From an uncultured Solirubrobacterales bacterium (lineage in GTDB: Bacteria > Actinomycetota > Thermoleophilia > Solirubrobacterales > 70-9): DNA of 64,000 bases. The stretch covers positions 117,019 through 181,018 of the forward strand of contig CAWCYG010000007.1 of NCBI GenBank assembly GCA_963799815.1. Direction: 5' to 3'. Shown here in pieces: positions 19,527-29,048 of the stretch (position 1 is its first letter; every line of letters starts with the position of its first letter). The position numbers were made by a program, and so were the translations under genes. The notes beneath the pieces are model-generated. The model was not told where the DNA came from. It searched no databases and saw only the letters and a program-made list of their open reading frames with translations.

Positions 19527-21518
19527 ATGGAGGCCGGAACCGAGCGCAGCGGTGAAGAGCTCGAACGCGAGCTCGAGGAGCTGCTCGACCAAGAGCAATT
19601 CGATCCACCCGAGGACTTCGCCGCGGAGGCGAAGATCACCGATACCTCGAGTCTCGAGGAGGCCGCCGACGATCCGGTCTCCTATTGGGAGTCGAAGGCG
19701 GAGGACCTCGATTGGTTCGAGCCGTGGGACACGGCTTTAAACGATTCCGACCCGCCCTTCTACAAGTGGTTCGAGGGCGGCAAGCTGAACGCCTCCCACA
19801 ATTGCCTCGACCGCCACGTCGAGGCCGGGCGCGGCGACCGGGTCGCGTTTCACTGGCGCGGTGAGGAGGGCGAGGAGCGCGAGGTCACCTATGAGGAGCT
19901 CCTGGCCGACACCAAGCGACTCGCAAACGCGCTGCGCGATCGTGGCGTCGAGGCCGGCGACGTGGTTGGGATCTACCTGCCGATGATTCCCGAGGTCGCC
20001 GTCGCGATGCTCGCGTGCGCGCGCATCGGCGCTCCCCACAACGTCGTCTTCGGCGGGTTCTCGGCCGACTCGGTCAAGGACCGGATGGAGTTCTCGGAGG
20101 CCAAGGCGCTGATCACGACCGACGGGGCCCGGCGCAAGGGCAAGACGGCTGAGATCAAGCCCGCGGTTGATGCGTTCCTCGACGACGTGCCCTCGATCGA
20201 GACCGTGATCGTCGTCCGCAACACCGACACGGACGTCGAGATGAAGGAGGGTCGCGACGTCTATTACGACGAGGCCCTTGAGGAGGCGGACGACGAGTGC
20301 GAGGCCGAGTCGCTCGACTCCGAACACCCCCTCTTCATCCTCTACACCTCGGGCTCGACCGCGAAGCCGAAGGGGATTCTGCACACCACGGGCGGCTTCC
20401 TGACGGGAGCGAAGGCCACGACGGAGATGGTCTTCGACTTAAAGCCGGACGAGGATGTCTACTGGTGCTCGGCAGATGTCGGCTGGGTGACGGGCCACAC
20501 CTACATCGTCTACGGGCCGCTCCTGAACGGCGCCACCTCGGTCATGTGGGAGGGCGCCCCCGACTACCCCGACAAGGACATCTGGTGGGAGCTCTGCGAC
20601 CGCTACGACGTGACGGTCTTCTACACGGCCCCCACCGCCATCCGGGCGTGCATGAAGTGGGGCGCCGAGCACCCCGGCAAGCACGACCTGAGCTCACTGC
20701 GCCTGCTGGGGACGGTCGGCGAGCCGATCAATCCGAAGGCATGGCTTTGGTATCGGCAGGTGATCGGCGCCGGTGAGTGCCCGATCGTCGATACCTGGTG
20801 GCAGACGGAGACCGGCAGCATCATGATCACCACGCTGCCGGGCGCCCAGGCGATGAAGCCGGGCTCAGCCGGCAAGCCGCTGCCCGGGGTCGACGCCGCC
20901 GTCGTCGACGACGACGGCAACGAGGTCAGCGACGAGCATGGTGTGCTCGTCCTGCGAAAGCCGTGGCCGAGCATGCTGCGCACCCTCTACAAGGAAGAGG
21001 ACCGCTTCATCGAGACCTACTTCGAGCGCTTCGGCAAGGAGACCTATCTCGTTGGCGACGCGGCGAGGGTGGACGAGGACGGGTACCACTGGATCATCGG
21101 CCGCATCGACGACGTCATCAACGTCTCGGGGCACCGGCTCTCCACCGCCGAGGTGGAGTCGGCGATCGTCGCGCACACGAAGGTCGCCGAGGCGGCGGTG
21201 ATCGGCCAGACCGACGAGGACTCGGGCCAGGCGATCTGCGCCTTCGTGACGCTCGCCGGCGACGACGACGAGGGCTCAGACGAGCTCGAGGGTGAGGTCC
21301 GGGAGGTCGTCGCCGACCGGATCGGCAAGTTCGCGCGGCCGAAGCGCATCATCTGGGCCTACGACCTGCCGAAGACGCGGTCGGGCAAGATCATGCGTCG
21401 TCTCCTGCGCGACATTGCCGAGGGTGAAGAGCTCGGGGACGTCACCACGCTGCGCGATCCCGACGTCGTCTCGAAGCTCGACGAGATCGTCAAGGAACGC
21501 AGCTCCGACGACGAGTAG
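19527..21518 (+). CDS. acs: Acetyl-CoA synthetase (AMP-forming)
   Basis: 663 aa. Diagnostic segments: LNASHNCLDRH, YTSGSTAKPKGILHTTGG, WCSADVGWVTGHTYIVYGPL, VDTWWQTETG, PKTRSGKIMRRLLR. Confidence 0.95.
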   Translation: MEAGTERSGEELERELEELLDQEQFDPPEDFAAEAKITDTSSLEEAADDPVSYWESKAEDLDWFEPWDTALNDSDPPFYKWFEGGKLNASHNCLDRHVEAGRGDRVAFHWRGEEGEEREVTYEELLADTKRLANALRDRGVEAGDVVGIYLPMIPEVAVAMLACARIGAPHNVVFGGFSADSVKDRMEFSEAKALITTDGARRKGKTAEIKPAVDAFLDDVPSIETVIVVRNTDTDVEMKEGRDVYYDEALEEADDECEAESLDSEHPLFILYTSGSTAKPKGILHTTGGFLTGAKATTEMVFDLKPDEDVYWCSADVGWVTGHTYIVYGPLLNGATSVMWEGAPDYPDKDIWWELCDRYDVTVFYTAPTAIRACMKWGAEHPGKHDLSSLRLLGTVGEPINPKAWLWYRQVIGAGECPIVDTWWQTETGSIMITTLPGAQAMKPGSAGKPLPGVDAAVVDDDGNEVSDEHGVLVLRKPWPSMLRTLYKEEDRFIETYFERFGKETYLVGDAARVDEDGYHWIIGRIDDVINVSGHRLSTAEVESAIVAHTKVAEAAVIGQTDEDSGQAICAFVTLAGDDDEGSDELEGEVREVVADRIGKFARPKRIIWAYDLPKTRSGKIMRRLLRDIAEGEELGDVTTLRDPDVVSKLDEIVKERSSDDE

Positions 21519-21524
21519 CGGGGT

Positions 21525-22973
21525 TCAGTCCCGCAGGGCTGCGCGCCTCAGCTTGCCGCTCGTGGTGCGTGGCAGCTCGTTGGCGAACTCGATGATCCGG
21601 GGGTGCTTGTAAGGGGCTGTCACGGCCTTCACGTGGTCTTTGAGCTCCGCGGCGAGCGCCTCGGACGGCTCGCCGTGGCTGAGGACGACGACGGCCTTGA
21701 TTACGGAGCCACGCTCGGGATCGGGTGCCCCTACCGCCGCGGCCTCGGCGACCGCGGGGTGGCTTGAGAGCGCCGACTCGACCTCCTGCGGACCAATCCG
21801 ATAGCCGGAGGAGTTGATGATGTCGTCGCGGCGACCCTCGTGGAACAGGTAGCCATCGTCATCCGCGCGCACGAGGTCACCGGTCGCCCACCACTCGCCG
21901 TCGATCAGCTCGGGGCCCTCGGCGGCGTCGAGGTAGCGGAGGAAGAACGCCGGGCAGCTCGACGCACGCACCTGCAGCTCGCCGTCCTCGATCCGCGTGT
22001 CGAGCCCCGGCAGCGGAGTGCCCATCGAGCCCGCCCGAGCCGACTCGCCGACCAGGGTGCCGCTCACATGGCCGGTCTCGGTCTGTCCGTATCCATCGGA
22101 GATCTCGACGTCCCAGGCGTCGCGGTAGGCCTCGAGGACGCCATCGCCGAGCGGCTCGCCCGCGGACACGGCACGACGGAGCTCGGGGAGCGGCTCGAGC
22201 GCGCCGTCCCTGGCAAGCATCCTGTACTCGGTCGGCGCCTGGCAGAGCACGCTGACCCCCTCCCTGCGGCAGACGTCAAGGCGATCGACTGGGTCGAACC
22301 TCTGGTCTGAGATCAGTGCGGCGGCCCCGATGAGCCAAGGGGCCACGAAGACGTTGCGAGTGGACTTTGACCAGCCCGTCGCGGTCGTGACCCAGACAAG
22401 ATCGCCCTTCCGCGCCCCGAGCCAGCATTCGGCTTGACCCCGCTGGGCCATCAGGAACCGGGTGGCGTGGAGCGCAGGCCGTGGCTCCCCAGTCGTCCCG
22501 GAGGTGAAGATGATGACCGCGGGATCCTCGGGATCCAGATCAGCGACGTCGGCGGGCGTCTCCTGCGGGCGATCCTCATCGAGCGCGTCACGGACGTCGG
22601 CCAGGGTCATGCACTCCAAGCCGCCAGGGACCTGACCCAATAGCTCCTCCTCGCCGACGCAGAGCACCGGGCTCGAAGCGCTCATGCGCAGGTCCAGGTC
22701 TTGACGGCGGAGCTGCGTGTTGCATGGCAGCGCCACCGCGCCCATGCGCCAGCATGCGAGCAACGAGAGGACCCATTCGACGCGGTTGCCCACGAGCGTC
22801 ATGACCACGTCGCCGCGGCCGACCCCTCGGGCCGCGAAAGCACCCGAGAGCCCGGCGGCGCGGGCGCCCAGCTCGCCGAGATGCCACAGCCGCCGCTCGC
22901 CGTCCCGCGTGAGCGCGACGAGCGCCGGTTGCGAGGCCGGCCGGGCCTCCACGATGTCGGTGACGAAGTTCAT
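21525..22973 (-). CDS. AMP-binding acyl-CoA synthetase/ligase family protein
   Basis: 482 aa. Diagnostic segments: IIFTSGTTGEPRPALH, DGYGQTETG, GDLVRADDDGYLFHEGRRDDIINSSGYRIGPQEVE, LPRTTSGKLRR. Confidence 0.85.
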   Translation of the reverse strand: MNFVTDIVEARPASQPALVALTRDGERRLWHLGELGARAAGLSGAFAARGVGRGDVVMTLVGNRVEWVLSLLACWRMGAVALPCNTQLRRQDLDLRMSASSPVLCVGEEELLGQVPGGLECMTLADVRDALDEDRPQETPADVADLDPEDPAVIIFTSGTTGEPRPALHATRFLMAQRGQAECWLGARKGDLVWVTTATGWSKSTRNVFVAPWLIGAAALISDQRFDPVDRLDVCRREGVSVLCQAPTEYRMLARDGALEPLPELRRAVSAGEPLGDGVLEAYRDAWDVEISDGYGQTETGHVSGTLVGESARAGSMGTPLPGLDTRIEDGELQVRASSCPAFFLRYLDAAEGPELIDGEWWATGDLVRADDDGYLFHEGRRDDIINSSGYRIGPQEVESALSSHPAVAEAAAVGAPDPERGSVIKAVVVLSHGEPSEALAAELKDHVKAVTAPYKHPRIIEFANELPRTTSGKLRRAALRD

Positions 22974-23017
22974 CGATGGCTAGTGTGCCGACCGAACCGA
23001 CCGCAAGGAGAGCACGC

Positions 23018-23824
23018 ATGGGCAAGCGCACGAGCTATCAGCCGGGGACCTTCTCGTGGATGGACCTCGCAACCACCGATCCCGAGGCGGCGAAGACCTT
23101 CTACTCACGGCTGTTCGGCTGGGAGGCAGAGGACATGCCGGTGCCAGGCGGTGGCACCTACTCGATGATGAGGCTCGACGGCGACAACGTCGCCGCAATC
23201 GCCGCGATGCAGGAACAGCAGCGCGAGGCTGGTATCCCGCCCTTCTGGTTCAGCTACATCACGGTCGCGAGCGCCGATGAAACCGCCGCGGCAGTCAAGG
23301 AAGCCGGGGGATCGATCCATGCCGAACCCTTCGACGTCATGGACGCCGGGCGGATGGCGGTCGTCGTCGATCCGACCGGGGCGCATTTCGGCATCTGGGA
23401 GCCAGGTGAGAACATCGGTGCCGGCCGCGTCAACGATCCCGGCTGCCTCACCGCCAACGAGCTCTCCACGAATGACGTCGCCAAGGCGATCGAGTTCTAC
23501 GAGCAGATCTTCGGCTGGAAGGTCGAGCCCGTCGACACCCAGGGCGCCCCGCCCTACTGGATGATCGGCCACGACGGCGCTGCCGAGGGGCGGAACGGTG
23601 GAATGCGCGAGCTCTCGCCCGAGCAGGCCGAGGCTGGCGCGCCTCCGCATTGGCTTCCGTACTTCACCGTCGAGTCGGCCGACGGCACGATCGAGGCCAC
23701 GAAGTCAGACGGTGGTGACCTGGCCTTCGGTCCCATGGACCTGCCGACCGGCGCCCGGATCGCAGTCCTGCATGATCCCCAGGGGGCGGTCTTCGCGATC
23801 TTCGAGGGCGAGGTCGACGATTGA
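23018..23824 (+). CDS. Tandem-domain VOC (glyoxalase/bleomycin-resistance fold) protein
   Basis: ATG behind AAGGAG. Two repeats of the pattern FYxxxFGW...DPxGAxFxIxE are present. Confidence 0.8.
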   Translation: MGKRTSYQPGTFSWMDLATTDPEAAKTFYSRLFGWEAEDMPVPGGGTYSMMRLDGDNVAAIAAMQEQQREAGIPPFWFSYITVASADETAAAVKEAGGSIHAEPFDVMDAGRMAVVVDPTGAHFGIWEPGENIGAGRVNDPGCLTANELSTNDVAKAIEFYEQIFGWKVEPVDTQGAPPYWMIGHDGAAEGRNGGMRELSPEQAEAGAPPHWLPYFTVESADGTIEATKSDGGDLAFGPMDLPTGARIAVLHDPQGAVFAIFEGEVDD

Positions 23825-23897
23825 GCGGTGCCGCGGCTGATCTCCGGATCGGCGCGCGGCGTCGGAAACGAGATCGCGCGGTGGTGAGCGGACGGGG

Positions 23898-24143
23898 CTA
23901 GCGCTCGAGCTCGGTCCCGTCATAGAGCTTGCGGACGGTCACCGCCCCGTTGGGCGAGGCATCCAGGCAGAGGCCGCAGAGCACGCACTCGTCGAGGTTC
24001 TCGCGCACCACGCTCACGCCCGAGGCGGAGGCGGCGAAGATGTCCACTGGGCAGGCCTCCTCGAGGCGGCGGGCGAGCTCGGGGTCGCTCGCGACCTCTG
24101 CCGAGACCTCGACGTCGATGAAAATCCCGTGCAGATCGCTCAT
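23898..24143 (-). CDS. Small ferredoxin-like protein retaining one [4Fe-4S] ligand set
   Basis: 81 aa. The ATG overlaps the upstream stop (ATGA). It has ACPVDIF ... CVLCGLCLDASP, that is one CP cysteine plus CxxCxxC. The second CP position is Ser. Confidence 0.6.
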   Translation of the reverse strand: MSDLHGIFIDVEVSAEVASDPELARRLEEACPVDIFAASASGVSVVRENLDECVLCGLCLDASPNGAVTVRKLYDGTELER

Positions 24144-25042
24144 GATCCGCGAACCGCCTCGGGGATCTGGTCGATTCGCTCCACCACCGGGATGCCGGCG
24201 GACTCGAGGCGGGCGATCTTCTCGGTCGCCGAGTCCTCCTTGCCCTCCACGATCGTGCCTGCGTGGCCGAAGCTCATGCCTCGCATCTCCTCGTCGTCCA
24301 TGAACTTGCCGGCCATGAAGGCCACGATCGGAAGGCGCGACCCCGACTTCTCGCGCCAGTCGACCAGCTCTGCCTCCATGCGACCTCCGGGTTCCGTGTA
24401 GATCACGATCGACTCCGTCCGCGGGTCCTCCTCGAACAGCGGCATCAGCTCGGCGTAGGTGGATCCGATGATGGCGTCGCCGCCGATCGAGACCGCGGTC
24501 GATACCCCCAACCCGGCCGCCGCGAGCGATGAGGAGATCTCGGTCGTCATTCCGCCCGAGCGCGACATGACGCCGACCGGGCCGGGGGAGTAGGCCTTCG
24601 CAGCATCCTTGGCAGGGCCTCCGATCCCGCCCATCTTGCACACGCCCGGGACGATCAGGCCGAGGCAGTTGGGGCCGATGATCCGAGCGCCGCGCTCATC
24701 CGCCAACTCGAGCATCTCGGCGACGTCGCGCCGAGGGATGCGTTCGGTGACGACCACGAGAAGGCCAATGCCGTTCTCGATCGCTTCGAAGACTGCATCC
24801 TTCGTGAATGCGGGCGGGACGGTGACCACGGAGCCGTCGATCGACCCACCATGGTGCTCGACCGCTTGCGCCACCGTGTCGAAGACCGGGACGCCGTGGA
24901 CCTCGCGGCCCTTGCGGCCCGGCGTGACGCCGGCGACGAGCTTGGACCCGTAGTCGAGGCACTCGCGAGTGAGGTTCACCGCTTCGCGCCCGGTGATGCC
25001 CTGCACCAGGAAGGTGAAGTCCTCTGTGAGGAGGATGCTCAC
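24140..25042 (-). CDS. Succinyl-CoA synthetase alpha-like CoA-binding subunit
   Basis: The GTG overlaps the beta-like gene stop (GTGA). Diagnostic segments: FLVQGITGREA, GVTPGRKG, IIGPNCLGLI, SRSGGMTTE, and the phosphohistidine context MSFGHAGTIV. Confidence 0.85.
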   Translation of the reverse strand: MSILLTEDFTFLVQGITGREAVNLTRECLDYGSKLVAGVTPGRKGREVHGVPVFDTVAQAVEHHGGSIDGSVVTVPPAFTKDAVFEAIENGIGLLVVVTERIPRRDVAEMLELADERGARIIGPNCLGLIVPGVCKMGGIGGPAKDAAKAYSPGPVGVMSRSGGMTTEISSSLAAAGLGVSTAVSIGGDAIIGSTYAELMPLFEEDPRTESIVIYTEPGGRMEAELVDWREKSGSRLPIVAFMAGKFMDDEEMRGMSFGHAGTIVEGKEDSATEKIARLESAGIPVVERIDQIPEAVRGS

Positions 25043-26247
25043 TGGCCCTGGATCCTCGCCACGGCGGTGCCGGCCGCTTCCCACATGGAAACCGATCGAT
25101 CGTTGAACTCCACGCCGTAGCGGCGGAGGATCTTCGCGCCCTCCTCCTCCCAGGCCCCGGGAATGCGGAACACGGCGATCGTCTCGGCCGGGTCCTTGTC
25201 GAGCTCGAGGCATGCCTTGATCACGCCACGGGCGACGATGTCGACCCTCGTGTTGGAGACGATCGACATCATCACCGCGATCTTCTCCACGCCCTCCTTC
25301 TCTAAGACCTCCGTTGCGAGCCCTTTGGTCTTCGCGACTGACGGGTTGCCGCCGATCTCGGCGTAGTTGGCCGGCCGGCCCCCCTGCGAGCGCACCGCGT
25401 CGGTCAGCGTCAGCGAGCCGCCCCCCGCGCCGATCACCAATCCGAGGTTGCCCCGAAAGCCATGGTCCTTGCCCTGGATCACGCCGCGGTGGTCGGCGGC
25501 ATCGATGGCGGCCACGTTCCGCTCGAAATCGCTGGACTCGTAGAGCTCTCGCGGATCGTCAGTCGGGATCTCGAGCTCGGCGAGGACGGCCCGCTGCCTG
25601 CCCACCGCCTCGTCCTCCATCTCCATGTGGGCGTCGAGGGCGACGAAGGAGCCGTCCGCGAGGCGCGCAAGCGGGTTGATCTCCGCGAGCGTCATGTCGC
25701 GATCTCGCTGCAGCCGTGCCAGCTTGGCGAGCACGGCGGTCGCGCGGTTCAGCTCCGAGCCCGTCATCCCAACCGCGGCCACGACCTGCTTCGCCTGAAA
25801 GTCGGAGATGGGGTGGAGGCTGTGGAGGTGTCCACGCCCCACGTGCTCCGGGTGCTCCTCTGCCACCTGCTCGATATCGATCCCGCCCATGTCCGAGAAG
25901 AGCATCATCGGTCGCTTCGCGCGCCCGTCCCACAAGACGGCGGCGTAGTACTCGTGGGCGACCTCGGCCCTTGGATCCACGAGCACGCCCACCGGCTTGT
26001 GCCCGCCGATCTCGAGCTCGAGGATCTCGGCCGCGTGGGCCGCGGCCTCCTCGGGGGAGTCGGCGAACCTGACGCCACCCGCCTTCATTCGGCCCCCGGT
26101 GAGCACCTGCGACTTGATGACGGTCGGCCCGCCGATCTCCGCCGCCGCGGCCTTCGCCTCCTCGCGAGAGGTGCAGAAGCCGTACTTCGTGACCGGGATC
26201 CCGGCCCGCTCGACCAAGCGGCGTGACTCGTACTCGTAGAAGCGCAT
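25039..26247 (-). CDS. Succinyl-CoA synthetase beta-like ATP-grasp subunit (divergent; substrate unassigned)
   Basis: 402 aa. It begins MRFYEYESRRLVERAGIPV and has VIKSQVLTGGRMKAGGVRF. GGRPANYAEIGGNPS lies between SucC-type and ATP-citrate-lyase-type sequence. Confidence 0.75.
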   Translation of the reverse strand: MRFYEYESRRLVERAGIPVTKYGFCTSREEAKAAAAEIGGPTVIKSQVLTGGRMKAGGVRFADSPEEAAAHAAEILELEIGGHKPVGVLVDPRAEVAHEYYAAVLWDGRAKRPMMLFSDMGGIDIEQVAEEHPEHVGRGHLHSLHPISDFQAKQVVAAVGMTGSELNRATAVLAKLARLQRDRDMTLAEINPLARLADGSFVALDAHMEMEDEAVGRQRAVLAELEIPTDDPRELYESSDFERNVAAIDAADHRGVIQGKDHGFRGNLGLVIGAGGGSLTLTDAVRSQGGRPANYAEIGGNPSVAKTKGLATEVLEKEGVEKIAVMMSIVSNTRVDIVARGVIKACLELDKDPAETIAVFRIPGAWEEEGAKILRRYGVEFNDRSVSMWEAAGTAVARIQGQ

Positions 26248-26313
26248 GAGTGGGCTGCGCCCGGCGCAGCGGGCGGGAACCCTACCCGACAGCTCCCCAC
26301 CGAATGCGCAGGC

Positions 26314-26580
26314 TCAGCGCCTGGAGATGGCCCGGTAGATCAAGAGCGCGATCACTGCCCCGATGATCGAGCCGATGATGCCCGAGGCCTGAAGCGCGCC
26401 CTCCGTCGAGTCCGTCTCGAACAGGTAGAAGCCGATCGCGCCGCCGATGAAGGAGCCGACGATCCCGAGCAGCATGGTGGCGAAGAACCCCATCGGATCC
26501 TTGCCGGGCACCAGCAGCCGGGCGATGAAGCCGGCGATCGTCCCGAAGACGAGGAGATAGACGATGAGGCCCAGATCCAT
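26314..26580 (-). CDS. GlsB/YeaQ/YmgE (transglycosylase-associated) small membrane stress protein
   Basis: 88 aa from the inner ATG (aa 70 of the ORF). Family-typical sequence: IVYLLVFGTIAGFIARLLVPGKDPMGFFATMLLGIVGSFIGG. Confidence 0.85.
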   Translation of the reverse strand: MDLGLIVYLLVFGTIAGFIARLLVPGKDPMGFFATMLLGIVGSFIGGAIGFYLFETDSTEGALQASGIIGSIIGAVIALLIYRAISRR

Positions 26581-26764
26581 CCGCGCTTGTGTTCCCCGTT
26601 CCCCAACAGGGTAAACCGGCACGCTGATGCTCCTTTTCGGCGAGTGCTGACGCCGCCGGGTTCGCCCGTCCGTCAGAATGGGTAGACGCTCCCCGGGTGA
26701 CCCCGCGGAGCGTTTTGAAGTTCTCAGCCGCGAATCAGAGGAGCCAGCAAGCTTGAGCACCGTG

Positions 26765-28561
26765 ATGACGGACGCCCCGACCCGCAACCATCGGCTGACG
26801 GAGTGGGTGAGAGAGGTGGCCGGGCTGACCGAGCCCGACGCGATCCACTGGTGTGATGGGTCGGCAGAGGAGTACGACCAGCTGTGTCAGCAGATGGTCG
26901 AACGCGGCACCTTCGAGAAGCTCTCCGACGCCAAGCGGCCGAACTCATATCTGGCGCGTTCGGATCCCGGCGACGTCGCGCGCGTCGAGGACAGGACCTT
27001 CATCTGCACCCCCACCCAGCAGGAGGCCGGCCCGACGAACAACTGGGCCGATCCAACGGAGATGCGCGCAAAGCTCACCGAGCTGTTCCGCGGCGCGATG
27101 CGCGGTCGCACCCTCTACGTGGTTCCGTTCTCGATGGGGCCGCTGGGCTCGCACATCGCCCACATCGGCGTCCAGATCACGGACTCGCCGTACGTGGCGA
27201 CCTCGATGCGGATCATGACCCGGATGGGCCAGGGAGCTTTGGACGTGTTGGGCGATGAGGGGGAGTTCGTGCCATGCCTGCATTCCGTCGGCGCCCCGCT
27301 CGCCGAGGGCGAGGCCGACGTGGCCTGGCCCTGCAACGCGGAGAGCAAGTTCATCGTTCACTTCCCGGAGTCGCGCGAGATCTGGTCATACGGGTCCGGA
27401 TACGGCGGCAATGCGCTGCTGGGAAAGAAGTGCTTTGCGCTGCGGATCGCCTCGGTCATGGCCCGCGACGAGGGCTGGCTCGCCGAGCACATGCTGATCT
27501 TGAAGCTGACCTCGCCGGAGGGCGAGGTCAGGTACGTGACCGGTGCGTTCCCCTCCGCCTGTGGCAAGACGAACCTGGCGATGCTGATCCCCACCCTCCC
27601 GGGCTGGGAGGTTGAGACCGTTGGGGACGACATCGCCTGGATGAAGTTCGGCGAGGACGGGCGCCTTTACGCGGTGAACCCCGAATCCGGGTTCTTCGGC
27701 GTCGCCCCCAACACCTCGCACAAGACGAACCCCAACGCCATGGAGACCGTCGAGCGCAACTCGATCTTCACCAACTGTGCGCTGACCGACGACGGCGACA
27801 TCTGGTGGGAGGGGATGACCGGGGAGCCACCGGAGCATGCGATCGACTGGAAGGGCAACGACTGGACGCCCGAATCGCCCGAGCCCGCCGCGCACCCCAA
27901 CGCGCGCTTTACCACCCCGGCGGCGCAATGCCCCTCGATCGCAGAGGAGTGGGAGGAGCCCGGTGGGGTTCCCATCGACGCGTTCCTGTTCGGCGGCCGG
28001 AGGGCAACCGTGGTGCCGCTTGTGACCGAGTCGTTCGACTGGGAGCACGGCGTCTTCCTGGGCTCGACGATGTCGTCGGAGACGACCGCTGCCGCCGCCG
28101 GAGAGGTAGGCGAGCTGCGCTTCGACCCGATGGCGATGCTGCCCTTCTGCGGCTACAACATGGCGGAGTACTTCCAGCACTGGCTCGAGCTCGCGCGTTC
28201 GCGGCCCGACCGGATGCCGCGGACCTTCGTCGTCAACTGGTTTCGCAAGGACGCCGATGGCAGGTACATCTGGCCCGGGTTCGGCGAAAACAGCCGGGTG
28301 CTCGCATGGATCTTCCGCCGCTGTGCCGGCGAGGGGGAGACCGTTGAGACCCCGTTCGGGCTCGTCCCCGCCGATGGGGAGATCGACACAGACGGTCTCT
28401 CGATCACGGACGAGGCGATGCGGGCGCTTCGCACCGTCGATGAGGACGCGCTGCGGGCGCAGCTGCCGCAGATCGAGAAGCACCTGGGCCAGTTCGGCGA
28501 CGACCTCCCGGACGAGATCTGGCGCCAACTCAAGGCATTGAAGGACCGACTCGGCGCCTGA
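26765..28561 (+). CDS. pckG: Phosphoenolpyruvate carboxykinase (GTP)
   Basis: It is GTP-PEPCK-like throughout ([65 protein letters not shown]). Confidence 0.95.
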   Translation: MTDAPTRNHRLTEWVREVAGLTEPDAIHWCDGSAEEYDQLCQQMVERGTFEKLSDAKRPNSYLARSDPGDVARVEDRTFICTPTQQEAGPTNNWADPTEMRAKLTELFRGAMRGRTLYVVPFSMGPLGSHIAHIGVQITDSPYVATSMRIMTRMGQGALDVLGDEGEFVPCLHSVGAPLAEGEADVAWPCNAESKFIVHFPESREIWSYGSGYGGNALLGKKCFALRIASVMARDEGWLAEHMLILKLTSPEGEVRYVTGAFPSACGKTNLAMLIPTLPGWEVETVGDDIAWMKFGEDGRLYAVNPESGFFGVAPNTSHKTNPNAMETVERNSIFTNCALTDDGDIWWEGMTGEPPEHAIDWKGNDWTPESPEPAAHPNARFTTPAAQCPSIAEEWEEPGGVPIDAFLFGGRRATVVPLVTESFDWEHGVFLGSTMSSETTAAAAGEVGELRFDPMAMLPFCGYNMAEYFQHWLELARSRPDRMPRTFVVNWFRKDADGRYIWPGFGENSRVLAWIFRRCAGEGETVETPFGLVPADGEIDTDGLSITDEAMRALRTVDEDALRAQLPQIEKHLGQFGDDLPDEIWRQLKALKDRLGA

Positions 28562-28624
28562 AAGCGGTGGAGGCCCTGACCGGGGCCCCCGAGTCCCATG
28601 CGCTTTTAGGGCTGTGCCTCTTTG

Positions 28625-28661
28625 CTATAGCAGATAAGCGATAATCGCATATCAGCTATAG
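28625..28661. promoter_or_regulatory. 37-bp near-perfect palindrome, candidate operator of the XRE gene
   Basis: The sequence is CTATAGCAGATAAGCGAT-A-ATCGCATATCAGCTATAG, with 16 of 18 arm positions complementary. It ends 8 nt before the ATG at 28669, in a locally AT-rich leader. Confidence 0.55.
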
Positions 28662-28668
28662 TTCAGAC

Positions 28669-29007
28669 ATGGAAACCACGCCTGGTCGGCTTCTGCGCGA
28701 GGCGCGTGAACGGCGCGGCTTGAGCCAAAAGCGGCTCGCGATCCGAGCCGGCACGACGCAGTCCGCGATCTCGCGGATCGAGAGCGACAAGGTCTCGCCC
28801 ACCATCGAAACGGTCTCTGAGCTCCTGCACCTGCTCGGAGAAGAGCTCGTGCTGGGCGCGCGAGCGCCGGACTCCGGGATCGACCGTCCAATGATCCGCG
28901 AGCGCTGGAAGCTGGCCCCCGCCGAACGGCTGGAGTACGGTCGCGCTTTCGCAGAGCAGCTGATTCGGATGAGCCCGAATGTGCGGTCTGAACAGGGTGC
29001 CACCTGA
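28669..29007 (+). CDS. XRE-family helix-turn-helix regulator (antitoxin-like)
   Basis: 112 aa. Canonical HTH_3 sequence: LLREARERRGLSQKRLAIRAGTTQSAISRIESDKVSPTIETVSELL. Confidence 0.85.
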   Translation: METTPGRLLREARERRGLSQKRLAIRAGTTQSAISRIESDKVSPTIETVSELLHLLGEELVLGARAPDSGIDRPMIRERWKLAPAERLEYGRAFAEQLIRMSPNVRSEQGAT

Positions 29008-29048
29008 ATCCGGAGCCCCTTCCCCCGAGAGCGCCAGAGCTTGAGCGT

